DNA from: Akkermansiaceae bacterium
GTDB lineage: Bacteria; Verrucomicrobiota; Verrucomicrobiia; Verrucomicrobiales; Akkermansiaceae
Direction: 5' to 3'
NCBI GenBank assembly: GCA_021733795.1
Contig: JAIPKB010000004.1
Location: 1,516 to 65,515 of the forward strand
Length of the DNA stretch: 64,000 nucleotides
The position numbers and the translations under genes were made by a program. Within the stretch, counting starts at the first letter, position 1. The number at the start of each line of letters is the position of its first letter. The notes beneath the pieces are model-generated. The model searched no databases and was not told where the DNA came from. It was given only the letters and a program-made list of their open reading frames with translations. This document shows positions 1 to 10,397 of the stretch, piece by piece.

Positions 1-572
1 GTGGTTTGATCCACCCGGCGGGTCGTCACCCCGTCGCTGGCGCTGGCCCAGATGTCGTAGTTCAACCACAAATCGTCGGTGACCACCGGCGCGGCCCCAG
101 CCACACTGTGACCCAGGTCATCCTTGAGCGGATAGGTGACGAAGAAATATTGGGCGACATACGAGTGAGCCGGAATGCTCGGAATGAAGCGCACTCCATC
201 CGGTGTTCCGCCCGGCATTTGCAGGGCGAACGTTCCAGTATAGCCCTGTGGATTGACCCGCGATTCAAAGATCCCCGGGGTGCCGGTGCTCGTCAGTGGG
301 TCGGTCAGTTTCCCGATGTTGACATAGACATTCGTCAGCTCGGCCGCGCCGTCGTTGTAAATTTTCACGCCCAAATGCGCGGCGGAAGGTCCGTTGGTGG
401 ATGGCGATTCCACATTGGAATCCACGACGAAATTGTAAGCGGTGATGACTTCCATCCGCAGAGTTCCATCCTGGGTTTGGGCATGAAGGACTGACTGCAG
501 GCAAAGCATGCCAAGCAAAGCTACCTTGCTGAAAAATGGATTCAAGTAATCACGCATGGATGTGGTGTTCAT
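1..572 (-). CDS. Secreted protein, N-terminal part (runs off the left edge)
   Basis: Not in the ORF track because there is no stop in the window. Manual translation from ATG 572 is open to base 1: MNTTSMRDYLNPFFSKVALLGMLCLQSVLHA|QTQDGTLRMEVITAYNFVVDSNVESPST..., with a signal-peptide-like N-terminus and an AT-rich upstream region (~590-760). Confidence 0.75.
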   Translation of the reverse strand, partial: MNTTSMRDYLNPFFSKVALLGMLCLQSVLHAQTQDGTLRMEVITAYNFVVDSNVESPSTNGPSAAHLGVKIYNDGAAELTNVYVNIGKLTDPLTSTGTPGIFESRVNPQGYTGTFALQMPGGTPDGVRFIPSIPAHSYVAQYFFVTYPLKDDLGHSVAGAAPVVTDDLWLNYDIWASASDGVTTRRVDQT

Positions 573-1140
573 GGGGAAAGACAGGCGAATATTGGCCTCA
601 AACGTTCGTTACTGGGACGAAGTAAGGTGGAGTATATTTTAAACCTTACTGAAGTTCAAGAAAAAATTAAATACCGCGTTTATTGCTCCTGAGAGCATGT
701 TTCTGGATGTTTTAAGCCTATTCCTCTGTGCGTTTTCGATCATTTTGGACTTTTCTCCCTGTCAAGGATCTCGGGATCGCTCTCATTGTCACTTCGAAGG
801 ATCACCATCCCCGGGCCAATCCGGCCCGTTCCCTCCAGATTTTTCACAGTCCCAGTGTCCCATCCTTCGTCCATGTTCGTGGAACAGGAGGTGATGGGCA
901 ACATCGCCACCCTCCAGCCGGTGCTCAGCCCGATGCTCTGGTTGTCCATCGCCACCGGCAAGCGGCTCTACAAGCCCGCGGATCGGATGAGGGAAAGATC
1001 CTGCGCGCCTTGACCCAAAGCGGCCCGGTGCGAGCCACTTTGACGATCGGCACGAATGCCGGCACGCATGTGAAACGGCAGTTCCTTGATCAAGAAAGTG
1101 CGGGCGGGTGATTGGGTTCGCTAGTGAGAGCCGCCTCCGC

Positions 1141-3306
1141 TCAATGCACCAACCGGGTGATCATCGCGTAGATGATGAGCGCCAGCAGCACCAGGCCGGT
1201 GCCGAAGAACATGAAGCCGACCGGGCGGGCGATCCCCTTCCAGCGGTCCCATTCGTCGCGGATGCGGTGTTCGTCGAGGCGGTTGGTGGCCACCAGCCGG
1301 TCATACCAATGTTTGCGCTCGTGGATCATCTCGGTCTTGGAAATGCGGCCGGAGAAGATGGTGTTGTCCATGGGGAATTTCTCCAACCGGAAGTGGGTGT
1401 TGAAAAAATGGACGGTGAAGATGAAACCGGCGGCGAGCAGGGCTTCGTCCGAGTGGACGATGAGGGCGATATTGATGCTCCAACCGGGCAGGAAGGCGGT
1501 GAAGAACTGCGGGAACCACATCACCAGACCGGAGAGGCCAATGATGAAAACCCCCCAGAACACGGCGAAGTAGTCGAATTTCTCCCAGTAGGTCCAACGG
1601 TCGAACTGGGGTTTGGGACCTTTGCCGAAGAACCATTTCTGATGGGCGACGAATTCGCGCAGGTCCGCCATGGTCGGCACCATCGAGTCCGGACCGAAGA
1701 TGGCACCGAAGAAGCGTTTGAGTTCGAGCTTGCCGGTATCCGGATTGCGCAGGGCCTTGCGGTTGGTCCAACTGGTTTGGGCCAGATCGAAGAGGTGGAG
1801 GGCGAAGTAGAGGAAGGTGATGATGGCACCAAAACGGTGGAGCGCGCGGGCGGAGGCGGCGCCACCAATGAGATCAAAGATGGTTTTGGCCCAGTCGGTG
1901 TAGTAGAACTTGAGCGGCATGCCGGTGATGACCAGCAGCAGGAAGCTGGTGACGACCATCAGGTGGAGGAAACGGTCGAAGGGGGTGAAGCGGGTGAACC
2001 ATTCGTCGTCCTGTTGGGTGTCGAATTTGATGTCCCGGTATTTTTTCGAGTCGTGGCGGTAGATCCAGACAGAGCGGGCCAGCCAGAGCAGGGTGTGGGC
2101 GCCGAAGAAGGCGAAGACACACAGCAGCAGCCCGGTCATGAAAAGAAATGTGTAGTGCAGGATGGGATCCTTGCTGGAGTCCAGCGGATTGGCGTGGGCG
2201 ATATATCCGGTGAAGCCGACGGTGGCGCCAGGATGGCATTTGGCGCAGGTCGCCTGCCGGTTTTCCTTCGAGAGGGTGGATGTGGGATTGGCGACGGGCT
2301 GGATGTTGTGAATGCCATGGCAGTCGTAGCAGGCGGCCACATCACTGGCGATGTTGGGGCGCCCGAGCTTGATCGCCTTGCCGTGGTACGTGTCGCGATA
2401 ATGGGTGAGGCTGTCTTCATGGCACTTGCCGCAGCGGTCGTCGCTGACTTGCTTGAAGTGGACCGTCTCGGGATTTTCGATGTCGTGGGCGGTGTGGCAG
2501 TCGGTGCAGACGGGGCCGCGCGGATCACCCTTGGCGAGCAGCTGGCCATGGATACTCTCGTTATAGACTTCCTCAATGCCGACGTGGCACTTGCCGCAGG
2601 TTTTGGCCACATTGACCCGGTTGACGGGCGAGGGCGCGTCCACGCTGCGCATGATGTCATGGGTACCGTGGCAGTCATTGCAGGCCGGGGCGACGACGAG
2701 GCCCATTTCGGTGAGACCGCGACCGTGGATGCTGTCGTCGTAGTGGGAGGCGATATCGCTCGCCATCTCAAATTTATCGGTAATCTCCGAGTTGTTATGG
2801 CATTTGCCGCAGGTTTTCGAGAGGTTGAGCTTGTAGGTCGGTGAGTTGTGGTTGGCGGCGGAGAGGATGTCATGGGTGCCGTGGCAACTGGCGCAGGAAG
2901 CGGCACCGGAAGGACCTCCTTTGTTGCTGAAACCATGAATGCTGGCGGCATAGACTTTGGCCTGGTCCTCGTGACAGGTGGCGCAGTTGACCGGCTTGGG
3001 CGGATTGTCAGCGTCCGGATGTTCCTCTGTCAGGTCCTCGTGGCAGTCGGTGCAGGACAGGTCGGCATGCACCGAGCTTTTACGGATTTTCTCGTCCACG
3101 AAGATGGAAACCTCTTTGCCGCCGGGCAGTTCCTTGGTGAGGTCCTTCTGGCCGTGACATTCCATACAGGTTTCGTCGGTAAGCTGTTCCTCGGTCGGCT
3201 TGATTTCCGGAGTGGGATCGCCGTCGGCGGCGTGGGCTGCCGGAGTCAGGGTGATAGCCGAGATCAAGCCTAGCAATCTAACGAGATCGGTGAGTGGAGT
3301 GCGCAT
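1141..3306 (-). CDS. Multiheme cytochrome c (11 CxxCH) fused to an FdnI/HydC-type b-cytochrome (CbcL-like)
   Basis: Signal peptide MRTPLTDLVRLLGLISAITLTPAAHA; 11 CxxCH motifs counted; about 6 TM helices with heme-b His (RFLH, ALHR, IVH, TVH) and a WEKFDYFAVFWG motif. Start moved from 3426 to ATG 3306. Confidence 0.9.
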   Translation of the reverse strand: MRTPLTDLVRLLGLISAITLTPAAHAADGDPTPEIKPTEEQLTDETCMECHGQKDLTKELPGGKEVSIFVDEKIRKSSVHADLSCTDCHEDLTEEHPDADNPPKPVNCATCHEDQAKVYAASIHGFSNKGGPSGAASCASCHGTHDILSAANHNSPTYKLNLSKTCGKCHNNSEITDKFEMASDIASHYDDSIHGRGLTEMGLVVAPACNDCHGTHDIMRSVDAPSPVNRVNVAKTCGKCHVGIEEVYNESIHGQLLAKGDPRGPVCTDCHTAHDIENPETVHFKQVSDDRCGKCHEDSLTHYRDTYHGKAIKLGRPNIASDVAACYDCHGIHNIQPVANPTSTLSKENRQATCAKCHPGATVGFTGYIAHANPLDSSKDPILHYTFLFMTGLLLCVFAFFGAHTLLWLARSVWIYRHDSKKYRDIKFDTQQDDEWFTRFTPFDRFLHLMVVTSFLLLVITGMPLKFYYTDWAKTIFDLIGGAASARALHRFGAIITFLYFALHLFDLAQTSWTNRKALRNPDTGKLELKRFFGAIFGPDSMVPTMADLREFVAHQKWFFGKGPKPQFDRWTYWEKFDYFAVFWGVFIIGLSGLVMWFPQFFTAFLPGWSINIALIVHSDEALLAAGFIFTVHFFNTHFRLEKFPMDNTIFSGRISKTEMIHERKHWYDRLVATNRLDEHRIRDEWDRWKGIARPVGFMFFGTGLVLLALIIYAMITRLVH

Positions 3307-3663
3307 GGAGATGGAGTATTTGGCCCGGACGGGAACATTGGGAGTGCGGTTTTTGCCAGCCAGGCCCCGCGCCGGAGATGGTTGAAATCTAAGGCGGCGG
3401 CGGCCAGACTGACAAGCAAACTCCACCGATCACAAACAGATTAGCGAATGATGCACAGTATTTGCAAAGAGGTGCGGATCAAGGGTGGAATTGTTGTTCT
3501 CTAAAAGCAGATTACGCCGTGAATTATGCTTGCTAGGTCCTGCCGGATTGCTATTTTCAGTGCGCAAGCATCCGCTGGGGAAGCCTGGTCCAATGGCCAT
3601 TTCCAAAAAACCGGGGTGTCCCGGCCGGATGTGGGGCAAACGAATGTCGAAACGGAAACAATT

Positions 3664-5361
3664 ATGAAAATGCAAGCATGCTTGAGAGCGAGTGGGTGGA
3701 TGATTGTGGCAATGCATCTGGGCTTGGGTGGTTTGGCTGCGGAGGAACAAGCCGACGACCGGTGTCAGGAGTGCCATGGGGAGAAGGATTTGACCAAGGA
3801 ACTGCCGGAGGGGGGAGAGAAGTCATTGTTTGCGGATGAGGCGGTTCTGCGGCGGTCGGTGCATGCGGCAGTCAAGTGTGCCGAGTGCCATGTGGAGGTG
3901 GGCGATGAGCATCCGGACGATGGCAAGGTTCCACAGCCGGTGGCGTGTGCGCGTTGCCACGAGCGGCAGTCCCATAGTTTTGGGGCCAGCGTACACGGGC
4001 TGGCCCAGGCGCGTGGCAACCTCAAAGTGCCGGACTGTGCGGCGTGCCACGGTACCCACGAGGTGCTGGCCCGGCAGAATTTGGACTCGATGATCCGTAA
4101 GGAGAACCTGGTGAAAACCTGCGGCGGCTGTCATCCGACCGAAGTGGCGGATGTGGGAGCAAGCGTTCATGGCAGAGCCATGGCCAAGGGAGAGGAGGAT
4201 GCCGCCACCTGCCTGGACTGTCACGCCGAGCACCGGATCAGCGCGTTGGGTGGGGACGTGACGACCGCGAGGAGTGCTGAAGCCTGTTCCAAGTGCCATG
4301 CCAGCGAGAAAATCAACAGCCGCTTCGGCATGCCGGACGACCGGGTGCAGACTTTCAATGAGAGTTTCCACGGACTGGCGGCGCAGGGGGGCTCCACCGT
4401 GGCGGCGAATTGTGCGAGCTGCCATGGCTATCACCGGATTCTGCCGTCGTGGGATCCGGCGTCGAGCATTCACCCGAGCCGGTTGATGGAAACCTGCGGC
4501 AAGTGCCACCCCGGAGCGGGCGAACACTTTGTCGAGGGGAAGATTCACAGCGTGGAGGCCGGTGGCGGTGGGATTGGCGAGGAGGTCAACCGGTGGGTGA
4601 AACTCGTCTATTTGTGGTTGATCGGTCTCACGGTGTTTTTCCTGGGGATGCACAATGGACTGGCTTGGTGGCGGAAGGCGGCGGCCATCCGGCGCGCCTT
4701 GGGTGAAACGGTCGAGCGGATGGACTTCAACCAGCGATTCCAGCATCTGGTGTTGATGGTGAGTTTCATCCTGCTCGCGGTCACTGGGTTCGCGTTGAAG
4801 TTCCCCAACACCTGGTTCGCCCACCTGATGGGCAGCGAGGACATCCGCAGGTCGGTGCACCGGATCGCCGGGCTGGTCATGCTCGGTGGCGGGGTCTATC
4901 ACCTGTGGTATGTGGCGCTGACCCGCAATGGCAGGCAATTGCTGCGCGACCTATGGCCCCGCTGCCGGGATCTTGGGGACCTTGTCACCAACCTCGGTCA
5001 TTTGCTGCTCGGGCGGCCCAAGGCGAAATTCGGTCGTTTTGGTTACCCGGAGAAGCTTGAATACTGGGCGGTGGTCTGGGGGACCCTGGTGATGGGGGTC
5101 ACCGGTCTGGCGATCTGGTTCAAGATCGACGTCACCCATTGGTTGCCACGTTGGGTGGTGGATGTGGCCGTGACCGTCCATTACTACGAGGCGATCCTCG
5201 CCTGCCTGGCCATTGTGATCTGGCACTTCTACCATGTGATGTTCGATCCGGATGTCTACCCGATGAACTTTGCCTGGTTGAGTGGCCGGGTGCCGAAGAA
5301 ATGGCACCACGAGGAACATCCGCTGGACCCCGCGCCGGAGAGCGACGAGATCCCTAAGTGA
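3664..5361 (+). CDS. Multiheme cytochrome c (9 CxxCH) fused to a b-type cytochrome (CbcL-like paralogue)
   Basis: Signal peptide; 9 CxxCH; about 5 TM helices (FQH, VHR, TVH, IWH; EKLEYWAVVWG). Start moved to ATG 3664. Confidence 0.9.
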   Translation: MKMQACLRASGWMIVAMHLGLGGLAAEEQADDRCQECHGEKDLTKELPEGGEKSLFADEAVLRRSVHAAVKCAECHVEVGDEHPDDGKVPQPVACARCHERQSHSFGASVHGLAQARGNLKVPDCAACHGTHEVLARQNLDSMIRKENLVKTCGGCHPTEVADVGASVHGRAMAKGEEDAATCLDCHAEHRISALGGDVTTARSAEACSKCHASEKINSRFGMPDDRVQTFNESFHGLAAQGGSTVAANCASCHGYHRILPSWDPASSIHPSRLMETCGKCHPGAGEHFVEGKIHSVEAGGGGIGEEVNRWVKLVYLWLIGLTVFFLGMHNGLAWWRKAAAIRRALGETVERMDFNQRFQHLVLMVSFILLAVTGFALKFPNTWFAHLMGSEDIRRSVHRIAGLVMLGGGVYHLWYVALTRNGRQLLRDLWPRCRDLGDLVTNLGHLLLGRPKAKFGRFGYPEKLEYWAVVWGTLVMGVTGLAIWFKIDVTHWLPRWVVDVAVTVHYYEAILACLAIVIWHFYHVMFDPDVYPMNFAWLSGRVPKKWHHEEHPLDPAPESDEIPK

Positions 5362-5589
5362 GAATATCGGGAGGCGGGCTCCTGCGGCATCCGACGGCCT
5401 GGCCGATGAAGCCGGCCCCAATGGGCGGCCCAGGATCTAACCGCCTAACCGACATTCTCCCGCCTTGGTCAAGCCTGCGGTGCCTTGGCGAAGCTCCGCC
5501 ATTTTTCCAGCGGGATCCGGGCGAGGAGTCGCGCTTGGTGACCGGAGGACGGCGCTGCAGCCACATCGAGGCCGCGCCACCTTTCCCAT

Positions 5590-6660
5590 TCACTTCACCC
5601 CTAACACATCATCCATGGCATCGATCAGCGCCTGCATGGTGGCGGCGGTCTCGTTGCCCATGTTGGAGATGCGGAAGGTGAGTCCCTTGATCTTGCCGTA
5701 GCCACCGTTGATGACATAGCCGTGGCGGGCCTTGAGGTTCTTGATGAACCCGGCCTGGTCGAAATCGGCCGGCTTCGCAAAACAGGTTAGGGAGACCGAC
5801 TGATTTCCCTCCGGCGCGAAGTTTGCAACCCCGTGGCGTTTGCCCCAGGCGTGGATCATCGCGTTGTTGGCCGCGTGGCGGGCGTAGCGGTTCGCCAGTC
5901 CTTCCGCCGCCACTGTTGCCATCATGTGCTGCAACCCGAAGATCAACGAGATTGCCGGAGTGGATGGGGTGTTGTTTTTCTCAGCGTTTTTCGCAAACTC
6001 GACGAAGTCGAAATAGTAGCCGCGGTTCGGCTGGGCCTTCGCCCGTTCCAACGCCGCCTCGGAACAAAAGAACACCGCCATTCCCGGCGGCAGCGCCAGC
6101 GCCTTCTGCACTCCGGCCAGCAGCACGTCGATCCCCAGCTCGTCCATCGCGATCGGCACGGCTGAAAACGATGATACCGAATCCACCACCAGCAGCACGC
6201 CCGGGAAGGATTTCACCACCTGCGCGATCCCGGCCAAGTCGTTCATCACCCCGGTCGAGGTCTCGTTGTGAACCAGTGTCACCAGATCGAATCCGCCCTC
6301 TTCGAGCTTGGCGCGCACCGCATCCGGAGCAATCGCCTGCCCCCATTCCACCTGGATCTTGTCGGCGGCGAGGCCCAGTTTGTTGGCCACATCAAACCAT
6401 TTGTCGGAGAACGCGCCGCAGCAAAGGGTGAGCACCTTCTTGCCGCAGAGGTTGCGCAGGGCCGCCTCCATCACCCCCCAGGCGGAGGAGGTCGAGAGAT
6501 AGGCCGGGCGACGGGTGCCCGCAAGCTCTTGAAGCCCCGGCTGCACCGAGGCATAGAGCGCCTCGAACTCAGCCCCGCGATGGCCGATCATCGGCTGGCT
6601 CATGGCGGCGAAGGTCTCCGGAGAAACATTGATTGGACCTGGAATATATAACTTGGACAT
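5590..6660 (-). CDS. Class V PLP aminotransferase (alanine-glyoxylate/serine-pyruvate type)
   Basis: LYIPGP, HNETSTG, VVDSVSS, GVQKAL (PLP Lys) motifs. Confidence 0.9.
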   Translation of the reverse strand: MSKLYIPGPINVSPETFAAMSQPMIGHRGAEFEALYASVQPGLQELAGTRRPAYLSTSSAWGVMEAALRNLCGKKVLTLCCGAFSDKWFDVANKLGLAADKIQVEWGQAIAPDAVRAKLEEGGFDLVTLVHNETSTGVMNDLAGIAQVVKSFPGVLLVVDSVSSFSAVPIAMDELGIDVLLAGVQKALALPPGMAVFFCSEAALERAKAQPNRGYYFDFVEFAKNAEKNNTPSTPAISLIFGLQHMMATVAAEGLANRYARHAANNAMIHAWGKRHGVANFAPEGNQSVSLTCFAKPADFDQAGFIKNLKARHGYVINGGYGKIKGLTFRISNMGNETAATMQALIDAMDDVLGVK

Positions 6661-6747
6661 AATTGGTTAGGTCAGGTTGGGATTGGATTGGATTGGTTGG
6701 GATTGGAGGTGGGGCGGGAAATCAGGACGGACCCGCGCCCCGCCGCA

Positions 6748-7629
6748 TCACGGCAACAGGTTGTAGGATTCCAGCAAATCCGCCAGTTTCCCCGAATTGG
6801 CTGCGGCAAGCGGCACCAGCGGCAGCCGGAATTCCGGCCGGCAGTGGCCCGCCATCGCCACCGCGCACTTGATCGGCACCGGATTGACATCCAGCCCCAT
6901 CAATCCGCGCATCAGCGGATAATATTGTTTCTGGATCACCAGTGCCTCATCGAACGAGCCGTTCAGACAGGCCCGCACCAGCCGCGCCATCACATCCGGA
7001 ATCAAATTCGAGGCGACCGAAACCAGCCCGGTGGCACCGCAGGCGATGAACGGCAGCGTGAGCGGATCATCGCCGCACAGAATGCCGAAGCCCTCCGGCA
7101 CCGCCTGCATCAGTTGATTGACCCGGTCCACCGAGCCGCCCGCCTCCTTGATCGCGGTGATGTTGGAAATTTCCGCCAGTCGGGCCACGGTTTCCGGTGC
7201 CAGTTCCACCCCCGAGCGTCCCGGCACGCTGTAGAGCATCACCGGCAGTTGGGTGGTCCCTGCGATCGCCTGGAAATGCTGGAACAAGCCTTCCTGCGAT
7301 GGCTTGTTGTAGTAGGGGCACACTTGGAGCAACCCGGTCGCACCGGCGCGCTCGGCCGCCTCGGTCAACTCGATGGCTTCCGCCGTGGAATTGGAACCCG
7401 CGCCCGCCACCACCTGGCACCGGCCTGCGGCAAACTCCACCGCCAGGCGGATCACCTCGATGTGCTCGTAGGTGTCGAGGGTGGCGGATTCCCCGGTCGT
7501 CCCCACGGGGATGATCCCATCCACTCCGCCGGCAATCTGCCGCTCGATAAGTGATTGAAACGCGGTGACGTCCACTTGTCCGTCTCGGAACGGGGTGATC
7601 AGTGCGGTATAGGTGCCGGAAAATTGCAT
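6748..7629 (-). CDS. dapA: 4-hydroxy-tetrahydrodipicolinate synthase
   Basis: GTYTALITPF, GTTGES, PYYNKPSQEG, IKEA, NPVPIK motifs. Confidence 0.95.
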   Translation of the reverse strand: MQFSGTYTALITPFRDGQVDVTAFQSLIERQIAGGVDGIIPVGTTGESATLDTYEHIEVIRLAVEFAAGRCQVVAGAGSNSTAEAIELTEAAERAGATGLLQVCPYYNKPSQEGLFQHFQAIAGTTQLPVMLYSVPGRSGVELAPETVARLAEISNITAIKEAGGSVDRVNQLMQAVPEGFGILCGDDPLTLPFIACGATGLVSVASNLIPDVMARLVRACLNGSFDEALVIQKQYYPLMRGLMGLDVNPVPIKCAVAMAGHCRPEFRLPLVPLAAANSGKLADLLESYNLLP

Positions 7630-7687
7630 CGCGCGCAAAAGATGCACTATCCGCAGCCATCCTCCAAGCGGTATTTTCAGTCACCCC

Positions 7688-8515
7688 TCAAATCTCGATA
7701 TCCCCTTCGAACACGAAATCCGCCGGACCGGTCAGTGTGACCTTGCGGAACCCGCCCGGACCGGCTGGTTCGAAGCCGATTTCCAGCGTATCCCCGCCCG
7801 CCACCTCCACTTTCACCGGGCTTGGTGCGCCGGTGAGCAGGTGATGCACCAATGCGCAGGCGACCATGCCGGTCCCGCAGGCCAGCGTCTCGTCCTCCAC
7901 CCCACGTTCGTAGGTGCGGATCTCAATGTGCCCGGGTGCGAGGACGGCGGCGAAATTCGCGTTGGTCCCGGCCGGAGCAAACGCCTCATGCTGCCGGATG
8001 CACCGCCCGGCGGCAAACACGTCAAAATCCACCAACTCTTCCGGGCTGGCCAGAAACGCCACCGCATGGGGCACTCCGGTGTTGATGAAATGCACCGGCT
8101 CGGTCAGCCCGCTCACCTCCGCCCCCGTTGCCATCCGCAGCTCCTTCGGCTCGGACATTTCGATCCTCACATTTTCCGCCACCATCTCGGCGGTCAGCAA
8201 CCCGGCGATCGTTTCAAAAGTCACCCGCTCCACCGGAGCCTCCCCCAAATGCGCCGCAAACCGGCCGAAACACCGCGCGCCATTGCCGCACATCTCCGCC
8301 TCCCCGCCATCCGCATTGTAATACCGGAATCGGAAATCGCCCGACCCCTGTGCCGGTTCGACCGCCAGCAACCCGTCCGCACCGATCCCCCGGTGCCGGT
8401 CACACAAGGCTTCGATCGTTTCCCCGTCCAGCGCGGCCGACAGACTCAAATCGCGGTTGTCCACCACGATGAAATCATTCCCGGCACCGTTCATCTTGTA
8501 AAAATGGAGGATCAT
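7688..8515 (-). CDS. dapF: Diaminopimelate epimerase
   Basis: KMNGAGNDF, GIGADG, EMCGNGARC, ERGVEDETLACGTG motifs. Confidence 0.95.
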   Translation of the reverse strand: MILHFYKMNGAGNDFIVVDNRDLSLSAALDGETIEALCDRHRGIGADGLLAVEPAQGSGDFRFRYYNADGGEAEMCGNGARCFGRFAAHLGEAPVERVTFETIAGLLTAEMVAENVRIEMSEPKELRMATGAEVSGLTEPVHFINTGVPHAVAFLASPEELVDFDVFAAGRCIRQHEAFAPAGTNANFAAVLAPGHIEIRTYERGVEDETLACGTGMVACALVHHLLTGAPSPVKVEVAGGDTLEIGFEPAGPGGFRKVTLTGPADFVFEGDIEI

Positions 8516-8686
8516 GGCAAAAGGTCGGCGGGGGGGCATCCGCACGGGCCGCAGGATAACCGACCTGCGGGGGCCAGCAAGCGCAATTTCAAGGACTTTC
8601 GGCCATCCGATACCTTACCCGGCTTGAGCCTGAGAAAGAGCCATCCGGCCCAAGGCGGGCCGCCACCTCCGGGGCTTCATAAGGAG

Positions 8687-8706
8687 GGTGGACATTCCTG
8701 TCCACC
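8687..8706. repeat. REP-like palindrome GGTGGACA-TTCC-TGTCCACC
   Basis: Perfect 8-bp intergenic stem just downstream of the C39-like gene. Confidence 0.6.
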
Positions 8707-8725
8707 AGCCAAAGAGACGCCACAC

Positions 8726-10039
8726 CTAGCGCTCGAACACGAAGGCCCTGCTGGTGGTCGCCGCCATTTCCGCGGTGGTCATGCGGCGCGGTTGATCAAA
8801 ACCGGTCCAGCTTTCCAGAAACAGGAATTCGCCGCGGGCGGCGTGGTAACCGACAATGACCGAGGCATGCAGCGGAGCTGTTTGATCCGGCCAGGTTGTG
8901 CGTTCGGATTCTGCGGATGGGGTCGGCAGTTTCGCCCCGGGTTCACGCCGCAACTGGTCCGCAAAACGACTGTGCAGGTGGTCCCGCTCCTGTGAGAAAC
9001 GCCGCCAGACCACCACCGGCAGGCCCTTGCTGAGGGTGTTCTGCACCGCACCGATGTTGAGCTTGGTCTCCCTCGCCATTCCCAGCCCGGCCTCGGCGGC
9101 AACTGCCTGATAGAGTCCAAGTATATCGGATCCAGCGGCGCTGCCGGTGTTTTGAAACCCACCGGCCACGGCCAACCAGTCTTCGTCGAGGTGCAAGCCA
9201 AGATACCGGGCCGCCATTGCCAGCGTGTTGAGCCCGCAATACGGCTGATAGCCCTGGGGAATCGGCCGCAAGGACGGCAGCAGCACCGTGCCATCGGCCT
9301 CGTGACTCACTTGAGCGGCGAGTTGGTCCAAGCGGGTGCGGTCATCGAGGTCTTGCAGCGACGCGTCGAGCCATGCCCGTCCCGGAGCGGGTGAGTTGAA
9401 AACACTGACCCGGATCAAGCGGCGGCCGTCGGCAAGCAGGCGGATCGTGTGGCCCTGGTGCCGCCATTCCTCCACCTCCGCCCGCAGAGCCCGGGTTCGG
9501 CCGATCTTCACCCTTTTCGGGCGGCTCCCCTTGGCGAGGGCGACGATCCCATCCCGCACGGTGGTGCTGGCGGTTGCGTAGCGTTTTTGAAACTCCACCT
9601 GCTTGGTGGCCAGCAGTTGTTCCATCAAGGCCTGCTGTTGCCGCCGGGAAAGAGCGTTGGAGGTGTCCGGGGGCAATTTGAAATAGCCGAAATACGACCC
9701 GGCATCGACGAAGGTGAACTCGAGTGACTCCAGCATTCCACCGCGATGCAGCGCCCGCACCAGTTCCACGTCCTCCCCGAAAATCGTGGGGCGGGCCAGC
9801 AGATGGGAAATGCGGGCGTCCGCCAGCGTGCCCTCGTCCTGCCAGCGTCCGGGCAGGCCAGTCCCGGCCGTCCCGACCTGCCCGAACAACACCGAGGTCA
9901 GATCGGTGCCGTCGAGGGGACTGCGCTCCCTGCGCACCGCCCCTAACACGGCATTCGGCAACGCCTGCGCCGATGGGACACCCACCCAACCGGTCAGGAG
10001 AATCAAAAACACGATCTTGAGTGGCGCCACGCGCTGCAT
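8726..10039 (-). CDS. Secreted protein with a C-terminal papain-fold (C39-like) peptidase domain
   Basis: Signal peptide; PQGYQPYCG (Gln/Cys), LHASVIVGY (His), FLESW. Start uncertain (10039 or 10078). Confidence 0.65.
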   Translation of the reverse strand: MQRVAPLKIVFLILLTGWVGVPSAQALPNAVLGAVRRERSPLDGTDLTSVLFGQVGTAGTGLPGRWQDEGTLADARISHLLARPTIFGEDVELVRALHRGGMLESLEFTFVDAGSYFGYFKLPPDTSNALSRRQQQALMEQLLATKQVEFQKRYATASTTVRDGIVALAKGSRPKRVKIGRTRALRAEVEEWRHQGHTIRLLADGRRLIRVSVFNSPAPGRAWLDASLQDLDDRTRLDQLAAQVSHEADGTVLLPSLRPIPQGYQPYCGLNTLAMAARYLGLHLDEDWLAVAGGFQNTGSAAGSDILGLYQAVAAEAGLGMARETKLNIGAVQNTLSKGLPVVVWRRFSQERDHLHSRFADQLRREPGAKLPTPSAESERTTWPDQTAPLHASVIVGYHAARGEFLFLESWTGFDQPRRMTTAEMAATTSRAFVFER

Positions 10040-10190
10040 TGCAACGCGGAACCTGACACACATTCCGTCATCACGCAAGCCGGGAAGTCCTCGATGATAT
10101 TTTCCGGGCCCGCCTCAAACGCAAGGAGCTCATCTGCAACCGCTCAACCCCTGGCGGCCGGTCGCCCGCCAAAATTTCCTTAGAAAATTC

Positions 10191-10219
10191 TTGATCGCCC
10201 GCCCGTCCCCGGCTACTCT
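10191..10219 (+). promoter_or_regulatory. Sigma70-type promoter of the 6S RNA
   Basis: TTGATC-17 bp-TACTCT ending 6 nt before the predicted RNA 5' end. Confidence 0.6.
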
Positions 10220-10225
10220 TCACAC

Positions 10226-10397
10226 GACTGCTGTGTGCGTTCTTTAAGGTTGCTAGCCCGAACCGATACAATTGAACCGGGAGCATTCATTTTGTCACCA
10301 AGGCCAAGCCTTCACTGGACGGCCGGAACTGACAAAACGCTCCCACTTATTGAGCTTCAGGAACGTGGCTCATAGCGCCGTGAACGGCACAGCGGTT
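10226..10397 (+). ncRNA. ssrS: 6S RNA
   Basis: About 172-nt rod: closing stem GACTGCTGTGTGCGTTC/GAACGGCACAGCGGTT, central bubble (CCGAACCGATACAATTGAACC), apical stem GGGAGC..TTTTGTCA/TGACAAAA..GCTCCC; 6S-like GGGAGC, CCCAC and ACGGCAC motifs; upstream promoter and downstream T-run. Confidence 0.8.

Noticed and set aside
873-1013. Small [40 protein letters not shown]...
   Set aside because: No RBS or motif support; it cannot be distinguished from noise or a remnant.
1108-2844. Long antisense ORFs (578 aa here; also 7613-8995, 37928-39406, 42427-43758)
   Set aside because: They are high-GC shadow frames opposite well-supported genes and carry no motifs.
3307-3663. Possible FNR/Rex-type operator between the two cytochrome genes
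   Set aside because: The region is AT-rich, but I found no convincing palindrome by eye.
6676-6706. GATTG pentamer run between dapA and the aminotransferase
   Set aside because: Short and imperfect; probably just the pyrimidine/A-rich translation-initiation region on the minus strand.
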